Shown piece after piece: positions 58,391-64,000 of a stretch of DNA of 64,000 bases. The notes under the pieces were generated by a model. The model worked only from the letters and a program-made list of their open reading frames with translations. It was not told the DNA's origin and made no database searches. Numbering within the stretch: the stretch's first letter is position 1; each line of letters starts with the position of its first letter. Source of the stretch: a virus (taxonomy: Duplodnaviria; Caudoviricetes); the IMG/VR virus record IMGVR_UViG_3300020577_005688, positions 77,351 through 141,350 of that record; one strand, 5' to 3'. The translations under genes and the position numbers were made by a program.

Positions 58391-58756
58391 ATGTCCAAGA
58401 AAATCCTCATCGTCGAAGACGACGAATCAGTTCAGATTCTACTCAAGCTCTTCTTGATTCGATTGAGCCACAACATCATCGAAGCAAAGAACGGACTTGA
58501 GGGAATCGGGATGGCGAGACAGTTCAAACCGGACGTCATCATTGCGGACTTGAACATGCCTATCTTGGATGGGATTGAGATGTTGAAGGTCTTGAAGGCA
58601 GACCCATCAACTTCCCATATTCCAGTTGTAATCTTCACTGGGTCTTCAGGCGAGCAGCAGCAGAGAGCATCTGAGGCAGGAGCCGTCACTGTTCTCTCAA
58701 AGCCCATCTCAAGACAAGACCTCATTCAGGTCATCGACTCAGTTCTTCAGAAGTAA
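58391..58756 (+). CDS. single-domain response regulator (CheY-like receiver)
   Basis: ILIVEDD, phospho-Asp in IADLNMP..DG, IFT, SKP. Confidence 0.9.
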   Translation: MSKKILIVEDDESVQILLKLFLIRLSHNIIEAKNGLEGIGMARQFKPDVIIADLNMPILDGIEMLKVLKADPSTSHIPVVIFTGSSGEQQQRASEAGAVTVLSKPISRQDLIQVIDSVLQK

Positions 58757-58831
58757 GTATCTCAAGCTAATCTGGTGAAAGCGACAGGCTGTTAACCTGT
58801 GTCAAGCAGGGTTCGATCCCCTGGAGATACG
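58757..58831 (+). tRNA. tRNA-Asn(GTT)
   Basis: GTATCTC/GAGATAC, ACAGG-CTGTTAA-CCTGT; A at position 8. Confidence 0.85.
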
Positions 58832-58834
58832 CAC

Positions 58835-58866
58835 GGCGTGGTTGCCAAGTGGGAAGGCGTCGGTCT
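58835..58866 (+). pseudogene. 5' half of a tRNA (Cys-like), broken at the anticodon loop
   Basis: GGCGTGG-TT-GCC-AAGTGGGAA-GGC-G-TCGGT-CT, then unrelated sequence; no 3' half found. Confidence 0.6.
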
Positions 58867-58879
58867 AGGATCCTGTCCT

Positions 58880-59374
58880 ATGACCAGAACCATTAAAAGA
58901 CCAGGAGTCGCGAAGGCAAACGTTGCCCGTCGTGAAGCGACGGATTCTAGTACAAGGATGAACGCACTCTACGAGTGGGAGAAATGGAAGCAGAATCCAC
59001 ATTTCACACTCGGGCTTGGTCTGTACATAGGAGAAGGGACTAAGACTCACCGAGAGTTAGTGTTCACAAACGCAGACCCTAACGTCATGCGTCTCTGGCA
59101 AGCGTGGTGCTCCGTATTCCTTCCAGAAGTGCCAATGAGTCTCTCCATCCAGATACCAACGGACGTGGATCCTTCAGAAGCTAAGAGGTTCTGGAAGAGA
59201 AGGCTTGGAATGGTACCTAGAATCTACCAAAGCAAAGGTGGGACAAAAGGGGTCGGGAAATTTAAGCATCGAAAGCTACCATTCGGAACAGCTCGTCTGA
59301 GAGCCGGAGTCGGTGGAACAGACGCGTTCGTGAAAATGGAATACTGGATCTCTCTTTGCCTTATGACCACATAG
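58880..59374 (+). CDS. LAGLIDADG-like homing endonuclease
   Basis: LGLGLYIGEGTK helix followed by LVFTNADP, as in single-motif LAGLIDADG-like proteins. Confidence 0.6.
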   Translation: MTRTIKRPGVAKANVARREATDSSTRMNALYEWEKWKQNPHFTLGLGLYIGEGTKTHRELVFTNADPNVMRLWQAWCSVFLPEVPMSLSIQIPTDVDPSEAKRFWKRRLGMVPRIYQSKGGTKGVGKFKHRKLPFGTARLRAGVGGTDAFVKMEYWISLCLMTT

Positions 59375-59395
59375 CGTGCTTCCGAGTGAGACCTC

Positions 59396-59626
59396 ATGGA
59401 CATCCTGAAGCTCGTTGTCTTGATACAGAGGTACAAATCCCTGTATGGGAAAGTTCAAGTAGTAACCATAGACAAAAGAGTTCCTGCTGGGAGCGGCGTA
59501 GCCTTCGTAGATACCAACAGCCTATTTACTCTTGCAGTGGATTCTGAAGAAAGTCGCCTCGTAGCCATAGACCTTCTTGAAGAGAAAAACCTCGTTGAAC
59601 TCAAAGGAGAGACCGCCATGACATAA
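59396..59626 (+). CDS. hypothetical protein
   Basis: 76-aa ORF. Confidence 0.45.
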   Translation: MDILKLVVLIQRYKSLYGKVQVVTIDKRVPAGSGVAFVDTNSLFTLAVDSEESRLVAIDLLEEKNLVELKGETAMT

Positions 59627-59644
59627 CCCTAACAAGAGGTTGTC

Positions 59645-59818
59645 ATGAAGAGAGGTCAGCAGTTCGGAACCTTCATCCGTGGTAAGGCTCGACTTCGAAA
59701 GAACAAGAAGAAAGAACTCAGTCGAGCAGAGAGGACTGAAGCGAAGAGGCAGTTGAAGAAAAACCCAGAAGAGGTAGAGACGAAACCTCGAAGGCGATAC
59801 TGGGGGTATGACGACTAA
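59645..59818 (+). CDS. 57-aa basic protein (below ORF-track cutoff)
   Basis: SD GAGG; MKRGQQFG...RRRYWGYDD*. Confidence 0.55.
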   Translation: MKRGQQFGTFIRGKARLRKNKKKELSRAERTEAKRQLKKNPEEVETKPRRRYWGYDD

Positions 59819-59824
59819 GAAGTA

Positions 59825-59897
59825 GGCCCCATCTTCTAATGGCTAGGATGCTAGATTCTCAATCTGGCGATCGAGGGTTCAAATCCCCGTGGGGTCA
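59825..59897 (+). tRNA. tRNA-Glu(CTC)
   Basis: GGCCCCA/TGGGGTC, TT-CTC-AA. Confidence 0.9.
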
Positions 59898-59899
59898 AC

Positions 59900-60250
59900 A
59901 TGAAATCCGGCATACACAGGAGCACACGAGCGAAGAGGCTCGCAGAGGTCCGAGCAGTCCATAAAGAAATAAACGACAGAACGGGCCTTATCGATTTTGA
60001 GGGAGCGGGGTATATCCCAGAGTCAGCGCATTCGTTCTTTCCTGGAGTAGATCGGATTGCCACGTACCCGGTCACTGACATGTGGAGTGCTATCCACTCA
60101 CTTCAGGTACTGGATGAACTTGATGAGTTCGAGCAGAGTGCATTGAGTGATTCGCATCGATTCGATGCAGGAGTGGCGAGCTTGATGCGTCGATATGACG
60201 AAGTGAGAGAACCCGAAACTGGTCATTGGTTTATCGGCCCTATCGACTAA
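59900..60250 (+). CDS. hypothetical protein (starts 3 nt after tRNA-Glu(CTC), stop inside tRNA-Glu(TTC))
   Basis: 116-aa ORF filling the space between two tRNAs. Confidence 0.55.
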   Translation: MKSGIHRSTRAKRLAEVRAVHKEINDRTGLIDFEGAGYIPESAHSFFPGVDRIATYPVTDMWSAIHSLQVLDELDEFEQSALSDSHRFDAGVASLMRRYDEVREPETGHWFIGPID

Positions 60251-60307
60251 AGGTTAGGTCGCCACCCTTTCAAGGTGTGAATCCGGGTTCGAATCCCGGT
60301 AGGGTCA
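60236..60307 (+). tRNA. tRNA-Glu(TTC)
   Basis: GGCCCTA/TAGGGTC, CT-TTC-AA. Confidence 0.9.
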
Positions 60308-60321
60308 TCTGAACGAAGTAT

Positions 60322-60395
60322 CTGGGTATAGCTCAGTTTGGTAGAGCGCTTGCCTTGGGCGCAAGAGGCCGCTGGTTCGAATCCAGCTACCCAGA
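60322..60395 (+). tRNA. tRNA-Pro(TGG)
   Basis: CTGGGTA/TACCCAG, CT-TGG-GC. Confidence 0.92.
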
Positions 60396-60396
60396 C

Positions 60397-60630
60397 ATGA
60401 AGACAGCAGAGAAGGAAGCAATTTGGGTGTGGCGTTTTGAGGATGCTCCAGAAGAGTATCAAGCTCTCTCAAACAATGGAGGAGATGAGGACTGGCTTGC
60501 AGTTGTGCCTTCCTCCTTCAAGGGAGTTTGGATTCCGTGGCTCGAAGGTGGGTCACCTTTCGGAGTCTGCGACGTCCAGATTTACACTCTGGAGAGTGGG
60601 CACCAAGTCTACATCGGGTCTCATTCATGA
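60397..60630 (+). CDS. hypothetical protein
   Basis: ATG 2 nt after tRNA-Pro; W.F.DAPE.YQ.LS.NGGDEDWLA motif. Confidence 0.65.
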   Translation: MKTAEKEAIWVWRFEDAPEEYQALSNNGGDEDWLAVVPSSFKGVWIPWLEGGSPFGVCDVQIYTLESGHQVYIGSHS

Positions 60631-60830
60631 AGTACGTACACACGAAGACCGGCAACATCTACGAAGTCCTCTCAAAAGAAGCTAAACACACGGAGACTCT
60701 CGAAGAGCTCGTTGTGTATAGGAGCCTCAAAGATGGCCGAGTTTGGGTGCGGCCACATGTGATGTTCTTCGGCTCCGTGAAAATCAATGGGGAGGAAGTT
60801 CCTCGGTTCCAGCCCATGTTCGAGGAGTGA
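60627..60830 (+). CDS. DUF1653-family protein
   Basis: Y.H.K.G..Y.V...A.HTET.EELVVY......WVRP..MF. Confidence 0.85.
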   Translation: MKYVHTKTGNIYEVLSKEAKHTETLEELVVYRSLKDGRVWVRPHVMFFGSVKINGEEVPRFQPMFEE

Positions 60831-60832
60831 AG

Positions 60833-61183
60833 ATGGCAAAAAGAAAACTGGGACTCTACTTCGACAAGAACGGAGTCGAGATCTCAATGCAGGAGATGGC
60901 GGCTCTAAGAGCCAACGAAGAGTACTCAACGATTCGGAGAACGGTCCTTCCGAATGGTTCTCTAGTCTCCACCGTGTGGCTTGGAATCGACCATGGATAC
61001 CAGTCGCCGGTACCCATCGTGTTCGAGACCATGAGCTTCAAGAGGGGCGAGAGTGGGGAGATCGATTGGGGTGGGGTCCACTCAAATCGTTACGCTACAG
61101 AGGAAGAGGCAATCAAAGGCCACGAAGAAATCGTGAAGCTGATGATGGAAGAAATCCCGCCACGTTCGATCGATCTGACATGA
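60833..61183 (+). CDS. conserved-type phage hypothetical protein
   Basis: SD GAGGAG; VSTVWLG.DH...P..FETM.F...RY.T.EEA..GH. Confidence 0.75.
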   Translation: MAKRKLGLYFDKNGVEISMQEMAALRANEEYSTIRRTVLPNGSLVSTVWLGIDHGYQSPVPIVFETMSFKRGESGEIDWGGVHSNRYATEEEAIKGHEEIVKLMMEEIPPRSIDLT

Positions 61184-61461
61184 CCAAAAAGCTCCGACCA
61201 ACAGACCTTCCGAAGTTCAGGCCAGGAGACAAGGTCATCCTCCAGCACGCAGATAAGGATGACCCCGAAGCTGCAGAGTTCGGAATCATGACGGGGAGGG
61301 AGTACGGAGTCATCGTTGCTACTTGGTGGGATGACTTCCTTGGAGCATATGACTGTTGGATTGCGTTCTACGGAAAAAGAGGCTTTCCGAAAGACCCTAG
61401 CAAGACAAAACCGTACATCTTGAAGTACTTCGAGACGAGCCTCACTGCGTGGAAGAAATGA
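61180..61461 (+). CDS. hypothetical protein (SH3/KOW-like)
   Basis: PKFRPGDKV; ATGA coupling. Confidence 0.6.
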   Translation: MTKKLRPTDLPKFRPGDKVILQHADKDDPEAAEFGIMTGREYGVIVATWWDDFLGAYDCWIAFYGKRGFPKDPSKTKPYILKYFETSLTAWKK

Positions 61462-61667
61462 GACTGAGCCTACGGTTCTTCAAATCAAGTGACGGGAAGT
61501 TCGGGTACAACTCAATCTTCGTTGGAGAGTTCAAGGAGAGGGAGCTGTGGTTTCAAACTCTGCCAATGAGTGAGTGGTACATCGGTCCTCGGCAGGTGTG
61601 GTACGACGGACCCATCAAGCTCTTTGGATTCGGGTTCTGCGAGTTTCTATGGCACTACCCAATGTGA
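61458..61667 (+). CDS. hypothetical protein
   Basis: ATGA coupling; aromatic-rich 69 aa. Confidence 0.5.
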   Translation: MRLSLRFFKSSDGKFGYNSIFVGEFKERELWFQTLPMSEWYIGPRQVWYDGPIKLFGFGFCEFLWHYPM

Positions 61668-61861
61668 AACGAAATCAACCCCAAGAACCTATCAAGCTCA
61701 GTGATGGGGTTGAGCCATGCGGAAAGCTCGGATGTGCCAGTCTTGCAGTGTTTGGCTACAGACTTTGTAGACCTCACATTGAAGAATGGAGAAAGAGCAA
61801 AGAGGCGTCAGAGAAAGTCTACGACCTCAGACCGCTCTTCGAGCAATGGCGGAAGAGATGA
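61664..61861 (+). CDS. small Cys/His protein
   Basis: GTGA coupling; C...GC......LC..H. Confidence 0.45.
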   Translation: MKRNQPQEPIKLSDGVEPCGKLGCASLAVFGYRLCRPHIEEWRKSKEASEKVYDLRPLFEQWRKR

Positions 61862-61866
61862 AGGAT

Positions 61867-61937
61867 GCGCCCGTAGTACAATGGTAGTACAATCGCCTGA
61901 TAAGCGATAAACGAAAGTTCGATTCTTTCCGGGCGCA
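61867..61937 (+). tRNA. tRNA-Ile(GAT)
   Basis: GCGCCCG/CGGGCGC, ATCGC-CTGATAA-GCGAT. Confidence 0.9.
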
Positions 61938-62018
61938 CTGTGGTCTCCTGAACTCGACATACGGAGGTGCTGGGAGCGTAAGCAGGGATGGCTGTCCCGG
62001 CCACACCAATGTATAAAT

Positions 62019-62091
62019 GGCGTTGTTCGTCTAATGGCTAGGACACGAGATTGTGGATCTCGTTATACGGGTTCGACTCCCGTACATCGCC
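62019..62091 (+). tRNA. tRNA-His(GTG)
   Basis: G-1:C73 identity pair, CGAGA-TTGTGGA-TCTCG. Confidence 0.9.
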
Positions 62092-62092
62092 C

Positions 62093-62233
62093 TGATTTAC
62101 CCGGCCGAAGAGTCCCTACACGCAAACTATCTAGGTTCGAGTCCTAGTTCTCGCGAAAGCGAAAATAGCCTAAGGGTAAGGCATCTGACTCTTAATCAGA
62201 CCAAACTTGTGGATTCCTCACTCGGGTGAATCA
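62093..62233 (+). ncRNA. Y-RNA (YrlA)-like RNA containing a circularly permuted tRNA-Lys(CTT) module
   Basis: Outer stem TGATTTACCCG/CGGGTGAATCA with GCCGAAG; inside, in order: T arm, acceptor stem capped by GAAA, D arm, anticodon arm; T-run after. Confidence 0.7.
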
Positions 62234-62249
62234 ATTTTTAAGTCGCAGA

Positions 62250-62321
62250 GGTTCGTTACGCATCTGGTGAGGCGACCGCCCTGTCACGGCGATGAGATGG
62301 GTTCAATTCCCATACGAACCG
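62250..62321 (+). tRNA. tRNA-Asp(GTC)
   Basis: GGTTCGT/ACGAACC, CT-GTC-AC. Confidence 0.88.
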
Positions 62322-62403
62322 TTCGAGCTAAATGTCAGACCACCTCGGTATAAGGAGGTTGGCGAGCATATCGTTCGCCTTCAACCAACACGAGGGGAAG
62401 TTC

Positions 62404-63276
62404 ATGTCCAAGAAGAAGATCCCGACGAAGACGGAGACGTTCAACAAGGAGAAGGCCGAGCAGACGGTGAAGGCTGCCTCCAACGTGACGATCGAAGGTG
62501 CTGTCAAGAAGATCACCGAGGTGAACCTCACCATCGGCAAGACGTTGAACGATGTCAGCCAGCAGCTCACGCAGCAGGTCAACGAGTTCACCAACATCTC
62601 GACGGCGGTCGAACTCAAGAAGACGGAGCTCGAACAGCTGCACGAGAAGGAGCTCGTTCTCCAGGACATCGAAGACCTCAAGGCACAGAAGGCCGAAGAA
62701 GAAGCGGCATACGAGACCCGTCGCATCGAGCTCGCCAACGAGCACGCGCGAGAGAAGAAGCAGTGGGAGTACGACTTCAGCATCGAAACCCGCAACAGGA
62801 ATGACGAGCTGAACGAGCAGATTCGCCTCAAGAAGCTCGAAGAGCGGAATCGCCAGGACGACCTCGAACGTGAGTGGAAGCGTCGTGGTGAAGAGCTGAC
62901 GGCCAGGGAGACCGAGTTCATGAACCTGAAGGCTCAGGTCGCCACCTTCCCCGAGAAGCTCGAAGCGGAGAAGAAGGAAGCCTCCAACGCTGCTGCCGCT
63001 GCGGTCAGGCGCGACTACGACCACAAGCTCGCCCTCCTGGAGAAGGACCGTGCCACGGAAAACCAGATCAACCTGTCGAAGATCGCGCAGCTCACCGACA
63101 CCAACAACAAGCTGGCTGCTCAGCTTTCTGCTGCCGAGGCTCGCATCGCCGAGAGCGAGCGGAACGTGAAGTCGATCGCCGAGAAGGCGCTGGAGAGCTC
63201 GGGTTCTCAGAAGACCCTGTCGGAGCTCCAGCTCATGCAGAACTCGCCGAACGGCTCCAACCGCAAGACGGTGTAA
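62404..63276 (+). CDS. long coiled-coil protein
   Basis: SD GAGGGG before ATG 62404; E/K/R-rich heptads; strongly G/C-ending codons. Confidence 0.8.
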   Translation: MSKKKIPTKTETFNKEKAEQTVKAASNVTIEGAVKKITEVNLTIGKTLNDVSQQLTQQVNEFTNISTAVELKKTELEQLHEKELVLQDIEDLKAQKAEEEAAYETRRIELANEHAREKKQWEYDFSIETRNRNDELNEQIRLKKLEERNRQDDLEREWKRRGEELTARETEFMNLKAQVATFPEKLEAEKKEASNAAAAAVRRDYDHKLALLEKDRATENQINLSKIAQLTDTNNKLAAQLSAAEARIAESERNVKSIAEKALESSGSQKTLSELQLMQNSPNGSNRKTV

Positions 63277-63283
63277 GAAGCAC

Positions 63284-63311
63284 AACCTGGAGGTCACTCC
63301 TCCAGGTTTTT
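63284..63311 (+). terminator. intrinsic terminator
   Basis: AACCTGGAGG-TCACT-CCTCCAGGTT followed by TTT. Confidence 0.8.
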
Positions 63312-63312
63312 A

Positions 63313-63385
63313 GCCAGTATCGCGTAGGTGGTCCGCGCGTCTGCCTGAAGAGCAGAAGGAGACTGTTCGATTCAGTCTACTGGCA
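63313..63385 (+). tRNA. tRNA-Phe(GAA)
   Basis: GCCAGTA/TACTGGC, TCTGC-CTGAAGA-GCAGA. Confidence 0.88.
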
Positions 63386-63386
63386 C

Positions 63387-63785
63387 ATGAGATCGTGTAG
63401 GCTATGTAAGAAGGACTTTCCATGGACGAGAGAGTTCTTTAATGGCTCTTCGAACATTCTCTCAACAACGTGCAAGCAGTGTCACAATGAACGGATGAAG
63501 AGAGTTGCGAGAGAAGTCAAATTACAAGCCACTCTCTACTACTCCAACGGCACAGGCGAATGTGAGTGCTGTGGAGAGTCTCATCTAGAGTTCCTAACTC
63601 TAGACCATACCGAGGGTGGAGGTTCTCTCCAAAGACGGTCCCTAAAGAGTGCCAGAAATACTGCTTACTGGGTGAGGAAGCACGGATACCCAAAAGGATA
63701 CAGAGTTCTCTGCATGAACTGTAATTTCGCAATTGGAAAGTTTGGGAAATGCCCTCACAATGACCGACCAAGTACCAGAAGTTGA
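63387..63785 (+). CDS. HNH-type endonuclease with N-terminal Zn finger
   Basis: CRLC...CKQC; CECCGE...LTLDH...YRVLCMNCN. Confidence 0.8.
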   Translation: MRSCRLCKKDFPWTREFFNGSSNILSTTCKQCHNERMKRVAREVKLQATLYYSNGTGECECCGESHLEFLTLDHTEGGGSLQRRSLKSARNTAYWVRKHGYPKGYRVLCMNCNFAIGKFGKCPHNDRPSTRS

Positions 63786-63963
63786 ACTTCCGAAGCTGTG
63801 TCCGAAGTGTGGAACAAAGACCATCTTCGGGTTCGGTCTGGCAGGAGGTGGAATGGGTCCTTATGTGGTGTGCGATGGGCCTCTGGGACAAGGTGAGTGC
63901 GACTTCTTCTTGAAGAAAACATCTCAAAAGAAAGACAACCGTGAAGATTCTCGTTCTCGATGA
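63760..63963 (+). CDS. small zinc-ribbon protein
   Basis: CPKCG...GFGLAGGG.G.Y..C....C. Confidence 0.55.
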   Translation: MTDQVPEVELPKLCPKCGTKTIFGFGLAGGGMGPYVVCDGPLGQGECDFFLKKTSQKKDNREDSRSR

Positions 63964-64000
63964 CGATCAAAAGAGACACGAAGCGTTCAAGTTCCATCTC
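63941..64000 (+). CDS. N-terminus of a receiver-like protein (truncated)
   Basis: GTG start; MKILVLDDDQKRHEAF resembles cyclic-phosphate-processing receiver domains. Confidence 0.4.
   Translation, partial: MKILVLDDDQKRHEAFKFHL

Noticed and set aside
58835-59640. Group I intron interrupting tRNA-Cys
   Set aside because: No 3' exon (T arm plus CCACGCC) and no room for an intron core after the endonuclease ORF.
62335-63297. 320-aa minus-strand ORF
   Set aside because: Antisense shadow of the GC3-rich coiled-coil gene, which has the SD and terminator.
1-64000. Stop-codon reassignment / suppressor tRNA
   Set aside because: Long intact ORFs under code 11, all three stops in use, and no CTA/TCA/TTA-anticodon tRNA.

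Overview
A 64-kb segment of a large lytic tailed dsDNA phage, probably a contractile-tailed myovirus. Weak hints point to a Gram-negative host, possibly Myxococcota. Modules: (1) 1-10.7 kb, + strand: replication, recombination and nucleotide genes (family A DNA polymerase truncated by the window edge, HU-like, RecA-like, PD-(D/E)xK nucleases, dTMP kinase, ThyX, RusA-like). It ends in a Pro-rich gene with a strong candidate programmed -1 frameshift. (2) 10.7-45.6 kb, - strand: tape measure, baseplate and tail-fibre genes, spanins and an embedded sigma-70-like factor. (3) 45.7-54.3 kb: class II RNR (NrdJ), ATP-dependent DNA ligase, CYTH, SLOG/YspA and small accessory genes. (4) 54.3-64 kb: an RNA-rich island with 17 intact CCA-less tRNAs, one degenerate tRNA and one tRNA half next to a homing endonuclease, interleaved with small ORFs. 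Main observations in the island: a 'tRNA punctuation' layout in which six ORFs start 2-3 nt after a tRNA discriminator base with no room for an RBS; a circularly permuted, acceptor-capped tRNA-Lys(CTT) inside a Y-RNA (YrlA)-like stem; a ~730-nt structured non-coding RNA candidate between two tRNAs; and several smaller structured RNAs. All calls come from reading motifs by eye; no searches or folding programs were run.
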